DNA from: Alphaproteobacteria bacterium
GTDB taxonomy: Bacteria; Pseudomonadota; Alphaproteobacteria; GM7ARS4; G965262615
DNA length: 64,000 nucleotides
Direction: 5' to 3'
Assembly (NCBI GenBank): GCA_965262615.1
Contig: OZ253545.1
Location: forward strand, 1,088,001 to 1,152,000
Shown here: piece by piece, positions 40,763 through 50,449 of the stretch
Layout: the number at the start of each line of letters is the position of its first letter
Position numbering within the stretch: the stretch's first letter is position 1
The notes under the pieces: generated by a model
Told to the model about the DNA's origin: nothing
Database searches by the model: none
The model's input: the letters and a program-made list of their open reading frames with translations, nothing else
Program-made: the position numbers and the translations under genes

Positions 40763-40819
40763 TACTATCCCCATCTCTTCCGTGTTGTGAAGAATGTGGC
40801 GATGGGATATGGTGGGGGC

Positions 40820-41677
40820 ATGAATTGGAATAAAGCAAATGTATTGGCGAGGCGTGGTGGTGGCATGGCTTTTTTGTTTGTCATTGTCGTCACATCTTTT
40901 TCCTTGAGTGCGGTGGCGGAGGATGACTTATCACAATTGGAAATTCTGGCAGAACAGGGGAATCCCTACGCCCAAAACGATCTTGGTGTCATGTATGAGG
41001 GCGGTGAGAGGGTGACGCAGGATTATGAAAAAGCGGTGTTTTGGTATCAACGCGCCGCTGAGCAGGGGTATGATGTCGCCCAATCCAATCTTGGCAATAT
41101 GTATGACAGAGGCGATGGGGTGGCGCAGGATTATGAAGAGGCGGCTGAGTGGTATCAAAAAGCTGCTGAACAAGGCTATGCCCAAGCCCAATACAATCTT
41201 GGTGTGATGTATGCTGAAGGTGAAGGGGTGATGCGAGATTATGAAAAGGTGGTGGAATGGTGGCAAAAAGCTGCCGACCAAGGTTTTGCCGATGCCCAAT
41301 ACAATCTTGGCTGGCTCTATTACTACGGCGAGGGAGTGACGCAGGATTATCAAAAAGCGGCTGAGTGGTATAGGCAAGCTGCTGGGCAAAATCATCACAT
41401 TGCTCAGGCTCGGCTGGGTGTCATGGTTGCCAAGGGTTATGGGGTGAGGCAGGATGATGAAAAAGCGATGGAATGGTATCAAAAAGCGGAGGGACAAATC
41501 AAAAAGGATGCTGAGCGGGGCGATGACTATGCTCAATACACTCTTGGCTGGCTTTATGCTCAAGGTGGCGGAGCCAATCCCAGCATGCAACAGGCGATAA
41601 AATGGCTACGCAAAGCCGCAGAGCAAGGGAGTTCATTTGCTCACGATGAGCTCAAAAGATTAGAAAAAAACAACTAA
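40820..41677 (+). CDS. Sel1-repeat protein with signal peptide
   Basis: About 6 repeats; upstream region and 5' end nearly identical to those of the 40223 gene. Confidence 0.92.
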   Translation: MNWNKANVLARRGGGMAFLFVIVVTSFSLSAVAEDDLSQLEILAEQGNPYAQNDLGVMYEGGERVTQDYEKAVFWYQRAAEQGYDVAQSNLGNMYDRGDGVAQDYEEAAEWYQKAAEQGYAQAQYNLGVMYAEGEGVMRDYEKVVEWWQKAADQGFADAQYNLGWLYYYGEGVTQDYQKAAEWYRQAAGQNHHIAQARLGVMVAKGYGVRQDDEKAMEWYQKAEGQIKKDAERGDDYAQYTLGWLYAQGGGANPSMQQAIKWLRKAAEQGSSFAHDELKRLEKNN

Positions 41678-41694
41678 TTCGCGCGCCTCTCTCA

Positions 41695-42369
41695 TCATTC
41701 GCGTTTTCCGAATATTGCCGTGCCGATTCGGATGTGGGTTGCGCCGGCGTTGATGGCGTCTTCAAAGTCGTTGCTCATGCCCATGCTGAGCTGCGAGAGA
41801 TGGCACCGTTTTGCCAGCTGTGCCAGCTCATTAAAATAGCGTTTGCCCTGACCGATGGGCGGCAGACACATCAGCCCCACGATTGGCAGGTGTGCGGAGC
41901 GCATGGCATCAATGAGGCGGGGTGCGTCTTGGGGTGCGATTCCCGCTTTTTGCGTCTCTGCTGCCGCATTGACCTGCACAAACAAGGATGGATTTCTGCC
42001 CGTGCCGTCCCGCTCCCGCACGAATGGCTCAATGAGGCTGTGGCGATCAAACGCGTGAATGACATCACACACCCCCATGATTTTTTTCACCTGCCGCCGT
42101 TGCAACGCGCCGATATGATGCAGCACCACATGAGGATGCTCTTGTTTCAGCTCATGCCATTTCCCATGAATCTCATCCATGCGATTCTCCCCAAAATCCC
42201 CATGCCCCACATTGATGGCTTCACGAATAGAATCGCTGGATTGCTGTTTAGACACCGCAATCAAGGTGATTGATTGTCGCCGCTCCCCCGCCACAGCCGC
42301 AACCCGCCGTGTGATGGATTCAATCCGTTCCCTAATGGTTGTGTCATTGCCCATAATGTGTCTTTTCAC
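41695..42369 (-). CDS. yggS: PLP homeostasis protein YggS
   Basis: LIAVSK, FGEN, HIGALQ, GLMCLPP, LSMGMSND, RIGTAIFG. Confidence 0.94.
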   Translation of the reverse strand: MKRHIMGNDTTIRERIESITRRVAAVAGERRQSITLIAVSKQQSSDSIREAINVGHGDFGENRMDEIHGKWHELKQEHPHVVLHHIGALQRRQVKKIMGVCDVIHAFDRHSLIEPFVRERDGTGRNPSLFVQVNAAAETQKAGIAPQDAPRLIDAMRSAHLPIVGLMCLPPIGQGKRYFNELAQLAKRCHLSQLSMGMSNDFEDAINAGATHIRIGTAIFGKRE

Positions 42370-42418
42370 GCCCGCAAATCAATTGCAACAAAATGATGAA
42401 ATGTGGTAGGGTGGAGGC

Positions 42419-43648
42419 ATGAGCGACCAAGAAACAAAAACAGAGCTTCAACAGAATATCTTTTCCGTCACGCAAACAATTCCTAAAGAGTGGCAAAAGC
42501 CTACGGTGATAGGTATTTTGTTGCTCACTTTTTATTATTTTTCAACCACTATTATTAAGGATTGGCTTCGCCTTGTCATTATTTATGATTACGACTACCT
42601 ACAGGATGCTTTAGATGCACTTTTTCATTTTTTTATTGTAGCATCTGTTTTATTTGCACTATGGCTAGTGGTGCAAATTGCCAAGCTATTACTGGAAGAA
42701 ACTCAAGATGAAGCAAAAAAAGCTGCTGAGAAAGGAATACCTGAAGGTCAATACAGTCTTGGTTTGAAGTACTACTTTGGCAATGATGTGCCACAAGATT
42801 ACGAGAAAGCGGTGGAATGGTGGCAAAAAGCTGCCCAACAAGGGATTGTCGAAGCCCAATACAATCTTGGTGTGATGTATGAGCGCGGTATGGGGGTGAC
42901 GCAAAATTATGAAAAAGCGGTGGAATGGTATGAAAAAGCTGCCCAACAAGGGCTTGCCAAAGCCCAATACAATCTTGGTGTGATGTATGAGTTCAGTAAG
43001 GGAGTGGTGCAGAATTATGAAAAAGCGGTGCAATGGTATCAACAAGCTGCCCAACAAGGCGATGCCGATGCCCAATTCAATCTTGGTGGAATGTATGACA
43101 GAGGTTATGGGGTGGTGCAGGATTATGAAAAAGCGGTGGAATGGTATGAAAAAGCTGCCCAACAAGGGCTTGCCAAAGCCCAATACAATCTTGGTGGAAT
43201 GTATAACAGAGGTGATGGGGTGACGCAGGATTACGAAAAAGCGGTGCAATGGTTTCAAAAAGCTGCCGAACAAGGTCTTGCAGAAGCTCAATACAATCTT
43301 GGTGGAATGTATAACAGAGGTAATGGGGTGATGCAGAATTATGAAAAAGCGGTGGAATGGTGGCAAAAAGCTGCCCAACAAGGGATTGTCGAAGCCCAAT
43401 CCAATCTTGGTACGATGTATGATTTGGGTAGAGGAGTAAAGAAGAGTAAAGAAAAAGCTTTGGAATGGTATCAAAAAGCTGCCCAACAAGGTAATGCCCC
43501 AGCCCAATTCAATCTTGGTTTAATGTATGCCAACGCTGATGGGGTGACGCAGGATTTGGAAAAAGCGAAGGAATGGATTAAAAAAGCTGCCGACCAAGGG
43601 CTTGAGGTAGCTATAGATGCTCTCAAGGAATTAGAAAAAAAGAAGTGA
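42419..43648 (+). CDS. Sel1-repeat protein with N-terminal transmembrane segments
   Basis: Two hydrophobic helices, about 8 repeats. Confidence 0.93.
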   Translation: MSDQETKTELQQNIFSVTQTIPKEWQKPTVIGILLLTFYYFSTTIIKDWLRLVIIYDYDYLQDALDALFHFFIVASVLFALWLVVQIAKLLLEETQDEAKKAAEKGIPEGQYSLGLKYYFGNDVPQDYEKAVEWWQKAAQQGIVEAQYNLGVMYERGMGVTQNYEKAVEWYEKAAQQGLAKAQYNLGVMYEFSKGVVQNYEKAVQWYQQAAQQGDADAQFNLGGMYDRGYGVVQDYEKAVEWYEKAAQQGLAKAQYNLGGMYNRGDGVTQDYEKAVQWFQKAAEQGLAEAQYNLGGMYNRGNGVMQNYEKAVEWWQKAAQQGIVEAQSNLGTMYDLGRGVKKSKEKALEWYQKAAQQGNAPAQFNLGLMYANADGVTQDLEKAKEWIKKAADQGLEVAIDALKELEKKK

Positions 43649-43716
43649 CACAGCCCTTGTCTTTTCACGAACGCCGTTCAGTTGCAACGCCTCATGAGCT
43701 GTGGTAGGGTGGCAAT

Positions 43717-44460
43717 GTGACAGATATTATCTCATCCCTCAAAGATATATTCCAAGAGTGGCACACGCTTATAGTGTTCCTTGCTGTTGCTTATTTTTTA
43801 CCCAATATTATTAATAAATGGTCAGCTTTTGGGAAAAAAGATACAGACGCAACTAGAAAAATTGCCGAGAACGGAGAGCCCGACGGTCAAGACAATCTTA
43901 TTTTTGTGCCACAGGATGACGAGCAAACGGTGGAGTGGTGTCAAGAAGCTGCCGACCAAGGGATTGCCGAAGCCCAATACAATCTTGGTGAGATGTATCG
44001 CAGAGGTTATGGAGTAACGCAGAATTATGAAAAAATGGTGGAATGGTGGCAAAAAGCTGCCGACCAAGGATTTGCCGAAGCTCAATACAATCTTGGTGTG
44101 GCTTACGAAAATGGGGTTGGTGTAAAAAAGGACTATAAAAAGGCGGTGCAATGGTATCAAAAAGCCGCGATGCAAGGTCATGCCAATACCCAAAACAATC
44201 TTGGTGGGATGTATTCCAACGGTTATGGGGTAACGCAGAATATGGAAAAAGCGGTGGAATGGTGGCAAAAAGCTGCCAAACAAGAAAATGCCTCAGCCCA
44301 ATACAATCTTGGCTTGATGTATGCCAACGGTGATGGTGTGACGCAGGATTATGAAAAAGCGAAGGAATGGTTGCAAAAAGCTGCACTGCAGGGGCATGAT
44401 GATGCAGGGAAAACTATTTTTAAATTAGAGGTATTGGAAGAATTAGCAAAAAAGAAGTGA
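43717..44460 (+). CDS. Sel1-repeat protein with N-terminal transmembrane segment
   Basis: GTG start, one hydrophobic helix, truncated first repeat then 4 repeats. Confidence 0.9.
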   Translation: MTDIISSLKDIFQEWHTLIVFLAVAYFLPNIINKWSAFGKKDTDATRKIAENGEPDGQDNLIFVPQDDEQTVEWCQEAADQGIAEAQYNLGEMYRRGYGVTQNYEKMVEWWQKAADQGFAEAQYNLGVAYENGVGVKKDYKKAVQWYQKAAMQGHANTQNNLGGMYSNGYGVTQNMEKAVEWWQKAAKQENASAQYNLGLMYANGDGVTQDYEKAKEWLQKAALQGHDDAGKTIFKLEVLEELAKKK

Positions 44461-45044
44461 CACGATTCTTGTCTCTCTGGTTCATGACATCGGCTCACCA
44501 CGCCGAGAGTGACAGCGATGCCACAATTATAAGCCTTCTGCCAAGAGGACGCATCGCTTGTGTGGTGCGTTATTATGATGCCGCCGTTCCGCACCGCGCC
44601 GCCATCATCGCCCGCTTGCACACCATCGCGCGCGCCCGCCGAATTCAATTGTTCGTCTCTGTCATGAAGGGTCACCCTCTGCCGCACACCATCAAAACCA
44701 TTCACATCTCATCATGGTATTGTGCGCGCAATCTTGTCTCTTCATGGCGGCACAAACACTATACCGTCAGCACCTCTATTCATTCAGTGGCAGAATGGAC
44801 ACGCGCGCTACAATACAATCCCACCTATTGCCTGATTTCGCCGATTTATGCAACAGGCGACAAAAAGGCTTTGCCGCGTTCCATCCGTTCCGCCATTCTT
44901 GCATCATCACAACCCCACAACTTTCCTCGCCTGTTGGCATTGGGAGGCATCACGAATCGCACACCCATAGACAAGCGGTTCTATGGCAGAGCGATGCGGC
45001 GCGGTTTTACATCCGCCATCAATCCATCTACAATAAAAACATGA
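44457..45044 (+). CDS. thiamine phosphate synthase/TenI-like protein (divergent)
   Basis: STSIHS..E, LISPIYAT, LALGGI; overlaps the leuS start. Confidence 0.65.
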   Translation: MTRFLSLWFMTSAHHAESDSDATIISLLPRGRIACVVRYYDAAVPHRAAIIARLHTIARARRIQLFVSVMKGHPLPHTIKTIHISSWYCARNLVSSWRHKHYTVSTSIHSVAEWTRALQYNPTYCLISPIYATGDKKALPRSIRSAILASSQPHNFPRLLALGGITNRTPIDKRFYGRAMRRGFTSAINPSTIKT

Positions 45045-47563
45045 AAAACGATTCCTATCAGCACCAAACTCAGGAACTCTATTGGCAGCAGCAGTGGAAG
45101 CAAAACGGAGTCTTTCGCACCGACCTCACTCGCGCGGGCAGCGTTTATTATGTCTTAGAGATGTTTCCGTATCCGTCTGGGCGGATTCACATGGGGCATG
45201 TGCGCAACTACACGCTGGGTGACATCGTGGCGCGGCTGAAAAAAATGCAAGGACACACGGTGCTGCATCCGATGGGATGGGATGCGTTCGGTCTGCCCGC
45301 CGAAAACGCCGCCCGATTGAAAAACTCCCATCCAAGAGACTGGACTTATGACAACATCAAAACAATGCGCGCTCAACTGCAACGCATGGGGTTTGGCTAC
45401 GATTGGACGCGTGAAATCGCCAGCTGTCACCCCGACTACTACAAGCACGAGCAAAAAATGTTTCTGGACTTTCTCGCAAAAGATTTGCTTTATCGCAAGG
45501 AATCCATCGTCAATTGGGACCCGGTGGAGCAAAGCGTCCTCGCCAATGAACAGGTCATAGACGGCAGAGGATGGCGGTCGGGAGCGGAGGTGCAGCAGAA
45601 AAAACTCACCCAATGGTTCATGCGCATCTCGCGCTATAGTCAAGAACTGCTGGATGACCTGGCACACCTCACCCAATGGTCGCCCAAAGTCATTCACATG
45701 CAGGAAAACTGGATTGGCAAAGGCACAGGGGCTCGGGTGCATTTTCGCCATGATAGCCAGCCCGCCATTGATGTCTTCACCACCCGCCCTGATACATTGT
45801 TTGGCGCGTCCTTTCTCGCCATCGCCGCCGCCCATCCCCTTGCCGAACGCCTCGCACGCGACGATGCCAAACTCGCCCGATTCATCAAGGAGTGCCTGCA
45901 ATCATCCACCAAAGAACAAGACCAAGCCACCACCGACAAAAAAGGCTACGACACAGGGCTGCGCTATCCTCATCCGCTGGTGGAGGGGCAAGACCTGCCT
46001 TTGTATGTCGCCAATTTCATCATCATGGAGTATGGCACGGGGGCGATTTTTGGGTGTCCCGCTCATGATGAGCGCGATCACGAATTTGCCCGCCGCCACC
46101 ACCTGCCCATTCGCCAAGTCATTGAACCGCCTTCAGGCGAACCCCATCACGACTGCTGGACGGGAGACGGAACGCTCATCAATTCGCAATTTCTCAATGG
46201 ACTCACCGTGGAACAAGCAAAGCAAAAAATGATTGACCATCTCACAAGGCACAAACACGGCGCAAGCGAGGTGACCTATCGTTTGCGGGATTGGTGCGTG
46301 TCGCGCCAGCGTTACTGGGGATGCCCCATTCCTGTCGTCTATTGTGATGCCTGCGGCATGATGCCCCTCTCCCCCGCCGACCTCCCCGTGCTGCTGCCCG
46401 AAGATGTGGATTTCAGCCAGCAAGGCAATCCGCTCAGCCGTCACGAAGGGTGGCTGGCGGCGCAATGCCCTCAATGCGGCGGCACGGCGCGGCGAGAATC
46501 CGACACATTGGATACTTTTTTTGAGTCCTCATGGTATTTTGCTCGCTTCGTCTCACCCCGAGCCAGCACCGCCTATGACGCCGATGCCTTCGCCAAAGCC
46601 ATGCCGGTGGATCTCTATGTGGGAGGCATTGAACACGCCGTGCTGCACCTGCTCTATGCTCGTTTTTTCATGCGGGCATTGCGGGATTGCGGCTACCGTG
46701 CCGTCAATGAACCCTTTGCCGCTTTGCTCACCCAAGGGATGGTGTGTCATCAAAGTTATCAGCGAGCGGACGGCTCATGGGTTGAACCCAAAGATGTGCG
46801 CGCGCAAGATGGTGGATGGGTGGATGCTCACGGCATGACGGTCACCCCGCAACGCATTGAGAAAATGAGCAAGTCCAAATCCAATGTGATAGACCCCGAT
46901 GATATTCTGCACACCTACGGCGCGGATGTGGCGCGCCTGTTTATTGTGTCGGATTCGCCGCCGATGCGCGATTTTGAATGGCGCGAGGATGGAGTCAAGG
47001 GCACGGCGCGCTATCTCAAGCGGCTGTGGAAAGTTGTCACGCAATCATCCACTGAGCCGCCAGCCGCCAGCGACACCACACAAGACGAGCTCTTGCAAAA
47101 AAAACAACACCAAACCATTGATGCCGTCACCCAAGCCTACGACCAGCACCATTTCAATCGCGTGGTGGCACTGCTCCACAGCTTCACCAATGACATTGAA
47201 AACACCCCCCATGTCTCGCCATCAATACGCCACAATGCCGCATTAACACTGGTGCAATTGTTTCATCCCATCATTCCCCACATCACCGAAGAAATGCACA
47301 AAAAGCTGGGCGGCAAATCGCTGTTGGCAACATCGGCTTTTCCTATTGCCGATGGAGCATTTTTGACAGATGACACCGTGACCATCGCCGTGCAAATCAA
47401 TGGCAAACTGCGCGGACAAATAAAAATGGTAACGGGCAGTGATGAGGAATCCGTTATTGCCGCCGCCAAACAACTGGACAACGCGGCAAAATACCTGCAA
47501 AAAGGTAAGATTGGTAAGGTTATTTTCGTTCCCAACCGCCTAATCAATTTGATCGTGTCGTGA
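45041..47563 (+). CDS. leuS: leucine--tRNA ligase
   Basis: MFPYPSG.IHMGH, GWDAFGLPAENAA, KMSKS; start MKND at 45041. Confidence 0.97.
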   Translation: MKNDSYQHQTQELYWQQQWKQNGVFRTDLTRAGSVYYVLEMFPYPSGRIHMGHVRNYTLGDIVARLKKMQGHTVLHPMGWDAFGLPAENAARLKNSHPRDWTYDNIKTMRAQLQRMGFGYDWTREIASCHPDYYKHEQKMFLDFLAKDLLYRKESIVNWDPVEQSVLANEQVIDGRGWRSGAEVQQKKLTQWFMRISRYSQELLDDLAHLTQWSPKVIHMQENWIGKGTGARVHFRHDSQPAIDVFTTRPDTLFGASFLAIAAAHPLAERLARDDAKLARFIKECLQSSTKEQDQATTDKKGYDTGLRYPHPLVEGQDLPLYVANFIIMEYGTGAIFGCPAHDERDHEFARRHHLPIRQVIEPPSGEPHHDCWTGDGTLINSQFLNGLTVEQAKQKMIDHLTRHKHGASEVTYRLRDWCVSRQRYWGCPIPVVYCDACGMMPLSPADLPVLLPEDVDFSQQGNPLSRHEGWLAAQCPQCGGTARRESDTLDTFFESSWYFARFVSPRASTAYDADAFAKAMPVDLYVGGIEHAVLHLLYARFFMRALRDCGYRAVNEPFAALLTQGMVCHQSYQRADGSWVEPKDVRAQDGGWVDAHGMTVTPQRIEKMSKSKSNVIDPDDILHTYGADVARLFIVSDSPPMRDFEWREDGVKGTARYLKRLWKVVTQSSTEPPAASDTTQDELLQKKQHQTIDAVTQAYDQHHFNRVVALLHSFTNDIENTPHVSPSIRHNAALTLVQLFHPIIPHITEEMHKKLGGKSLLATSAFPIADGAFLTDDTVTIAVQINGKLRGQIKMVTGSDEESVIAAAKQLDNAAKYLQKGKIGKVIFVPNRLINLIVS

Positions 47564-47575
47564 GTGAGGGCTATG

Positions 47576-49132
47576 TCAATTGTGTTGTGTTAGTTTTTTG
47601 AGAATATCTTGAGCTTTGGCATCGCCTTGTTCGGCAGCTTTTTGCAACCAAAGCACCGCTTTTACAAGATTCTTCTTTACCCCCTCACCTCTGCCATACA
47701 TCACACCAAGATTGTATTGGGCTTCAGTATGACCCTGATCGGCAGCTTGTTGCCACCATTCCACCGCTTTTTGCTTATTCTTCGTCCCCCCCTCACCTTT
47801 GCCATACATCACACCAAGAATGTATTGGGCATCGGCATCCCCTTGGTCGGCAGCTTTTTGCAACCATTTTGACGCTTCTTTCTTATTCTCCTTCAATCCC
47901 CCCTCACCGTTGTAATACATCCCACCAAGATTGTGCTGAGCTAGAGCATGACCTTGGTCGGCAGATTTTTGAAGCCATTTTAAGGCTTCTTTCTTATTCT
48001 CCTTCAATCCCCCTTCACCGTTGTAATACATCACGCCAAGATTGGCTTGGGCGTTGGCAAGTCCTTGGTCGGCAGCTTTTTGATACCATTCCACCGCTTT
48101 TTCATAATCCTGCTTCACCCCCTTACCGTTGTAATACTTGATACCAAGATTGTATTGGGCTTCTGCAAGCCCTTGTTGGGCAGCTTTTTCATAACATTTC
48201 ACCGCCTCCTTTGTATCAGTGTCAACGCCTCGCCCAGATTCATACATCCCACCAAGATTGATTTGAGCTAGAGCATAGCCCTGTTTGGCAGCTTTTTGAT
48301 ACCATTCCACCGCTTTTTCATAATCCTGCTTCAGTCCCCCATCACCGTTGGCATACATCACACCAAGATTAGATTGCGCTTCGGCATGACCTTGGTCGGC
48401 AGCTTTTTGATACCATTCCACCGCTTTTTTCTTATCCTGCGTCACACCCCTACCATGCTCATACATCACACCAAGATTGTATTGGGCTGGGATAAGTCCT
48501 TGTTTAGCAGATTTTTTCATCCATTTCAAAGATTCTTCCTTATTTTCCTTCACTCCCTCGCCGTTGTAATACATCACGCCAAGATTGAGTTGGGCTGGAG
48601 CATCCCCTTGGTCGGCAGCTTTATGATACCAAAACACCGCTTTTTCATCATCCTGTGCAACGCCATCCCCCAATTTATAAGCCACACCAAGATTGTATTG
48701 GGCTAGGGCAATACCTTGCTCCGCAGCTTGTTGCCACCATTCCAACGCTTTTTTCTTATCCTGCGTTACCCCTTTAGGACTGTGATACATCACACCAAGA
48801 TTGAATTGGGCTAGGGCATCCCCTTGTTGGGCAGCTTTTTGATACCATTCCGCCATTTGCTCGTCATCCTGTGGCACACCATTGCCAAAGTAATTATAAT
48901 TATAATTATAATTATTGATAATTTGATTATTGATAAAAGTATTGTTTTGACCTTCGGGCTTGCCTTTCTCGGCAGCTTTATCTTTTTTAAACAAAGATTT
49001 AACAATGAGGATGCACCCCAAAACACCCAAAACAAAAATGAGTGACAGAAAAACTACCACTATATCCTTGTAATCCTCTGGAAAAATCTCTTTGAGGAAT
49101 GGGGTCATATCTGCAAGACCTGATAAAGTCAT
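47576..49132 (-). CDS. Sel1-repeat protein with N-terminal transmembrane segment
   Basis: About 11 repeats, several with a GEGGLK insertion; NYNYNY tract in the first repeat. Confidence 0.93.
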   Translation of the reverse strand: MTLSGLADMTPFLKEIFPEDYKDIVVVFLSLIFVLGVLGCILIVKSLFKKDKAAEKGKPEGQNNTFINNQIINNYNYNYNYFGNGVPQDDEQMAEWYQKAAQQGDALAQFNLGVMYHSPKGVTQDKKKALEWWQQAAEQGIALAQYNLGVAYKLGDGVAQDDEKAVFWYHKAADQGDAPAQLNLGVMYYNGEGVKENKEESLKWMKKSAKQGLIPAQYNLGVMYEHGRGVTQDKKKAVEWYQKAADQGHAEAQSNLGVMYANGDGGLKQDYEKAVEWYQKAAKQGYALAQINLGGMYESGRGVDTDTKEAVKCYEKAAQQGLAEAQYNLGIKYYNGKGVKQDYEKAVEWYQKAADQGLANAQANLGVMYYNGEGGLKENKKEALKWLQKSADQGHALAQHNLGGMYYNGEGGLKENKKEASKWLQKAADQGDADAQYILGVMYGKGEGGTKNKQKAVEWWQQAADQGHTEAQYNLGVMYGRGEGVKKNLVKAVLWLQKAAEQGDAKAQDILKKLTQHN

Positions 49133-49166
49133 CTCCCCATCCTATCACATTCCATCATTTTTTGTG

Positions 49167-50402
49167 CTATGAAATTGAGCGAATCATTTTTTTTCTTTTG
49201 TTGAGAAGATATTCCATTGGTCTGTCACCCTTGATGCGATTGCAATTGCCACACAATAATTGCAGATTTTCCAACTCATTAGACCCGCCAAGGGATTTGG
49301 GGATGATGTGGTCTATTTCAAGATGCTGTGGTTCAAACGAAGTTCCACAGCCATTGCATTTTCCGCCTTGCTTGCCAAACAAGGTTTCTTTATCGGTATT
49401 GGTGATTTTTCTTTTGTGGTCTATATCCGTGCGTTTGGGGATGTCTTCTCGGTAGATGGGTTCTGTGCCTAACAGGTCTTGAACTTCTTTATGAAGACGC
49501 ATTTTGACCAGTTCAAAAGCTTTTTCCGACACATCAATGCCAATCCATTGTCGCCCTAGTTTTTCAGCCGCCACACAAGTTGTCGCGCAGCCGCAAAATG
49601 GATCAAGCACCACATCCCCTTCATTGCTGGAAGCCTCAATGACGCGGGTGAGAAGCTTCAGTGGCTTTTGCGTGGGATAGCCCACATATTCTGTTTTGCT
49701 TCTGGCGGCGATGCGTATAATCCACCAGTTTTCCAGCAATTTGCCGCGCTTTCTTTGTTCCAACACATCTTCTTGGGAAACAGAGCCATCGGCAGACATC
49801 GCACCGACTAATCCCTGCTCTTTTTTTTTGTAAGGAACACGCATGGCGGTGTTGTTAAAAGTCCATTGGTCGGTTTTGGCATACCAGAAAATCGTATCAC
49901 TTTTTCTGTTGAACTGCTTCATGTTGGGTGAGCCGGGGCCATGATAGCACCACACAATCTCATTGATGAGACGATTATTGCCAAAAATGGTATCCATGAG
50001 TAGTTTCAAATAGTGGCTTGCTGTGGGGTCACAATGCAGATAGACACTGCCCGTATCTTTAAGAATACGCTTTATTTCCATCAGCCTCACCGCCATATAG
50101 ATGAGATAATACTTTGCCGAACGGCTGCCGATGCGTCCGACGGCATCAAGATACTCATACAGGTTGGGGTGGCGATCATTGATTTGATTGTGCCACGCAT
50201 CGTCCATTGTGTCGGGCGACCATATGTCGGTAAAAGATGCTCCCTCTGCCGTTGTGCCAATGGGTGCGTGAAATTGTCTGCCTTTATTGAAGGGCGGGTC
50301 AAGATAAATCAAGTCTATGGAATTGCTGTTGATTCCTCGCAAAATGGGAAGATTGTCGTGACAAAAAATCGTGCTTGGTTTGAGAGTGGCTTGATGCAAC
50401 AT
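49167..50402 (-). CDS. beta-class N4/N6 DNA methyltransferase fused to C-terminal HNH nuclease domain
   Basis: DPPF, YPTQKP, DPFCGCAT, then C..C...DHIIP.S.GG...LENLQLLC..CN. Confidence 0.88.
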   Translation of the reverse strand: MLHQATLKPSTIFCHDNLPILRGINSNSIDLIYLDPPFNKGRQFHAPIGTTAEGASFTDIWSPDTMDDAWHNQINDRHPNLYEYLDAVGRIGSRSAKYYLIYMAVRLMEIKRILKDTGSVYLHCDPTASHYLKLLMDTIFGNNRLINEIVWCYHGPGSPNMKQFNRKSDTIFWYAKTDQWTFNNTAMRVPYKKKEQGLVGAMSADGSVSQEDVLEQRKRGKLLENWWIIRIAARSKTEYVGYPTQKPLKLLTRVIEASSNEGDVVLDPFCGCATTCVAAEKLGRQWIGIDVSEKAFELVKMRLHKEVQDLLGTEPIYREDIPKRTDIDHKRKITNTDKETLFGKQGGKCNGCGTSFEPQHLEIDHIIPKSLGGSNELENLQLLCGNCNRIKGDRPMEYLLNKRKKMIRSIS

Positions 50403-50449
50403 CCCTTTTACTATCCATATTTTTTGCATCAAATGCAAGAGTGATGATG

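Noticed and set aside
34100-40900. Tat signals (ARR) in Sel1 signal peptides
   Set aside because: ARRVS/ARRGG do not fit S/T-R-R-x-F-L-K, and the 29408 paralog has AGR instead.
44714-45040. N-terminal extension of LeuS
   Set aside because: Overlaps the thiE/TenI-like gene in another frame; LeuS similarity begins at 45041.
29551-48706. Repetitive hydrophobic ORFs (FFIILRH..HHTKIVLG) opposite Sel1 genes
   Set aside because: Antisense shadows of Sel1 codon patterns; they track the Sel1 genes exactly.
27984-49132. Diversity-generating retroelement acting on Sel1 repeats
   Set aside because: No reverse transcriptase in the window, and differences between copies are not adenine-specific.
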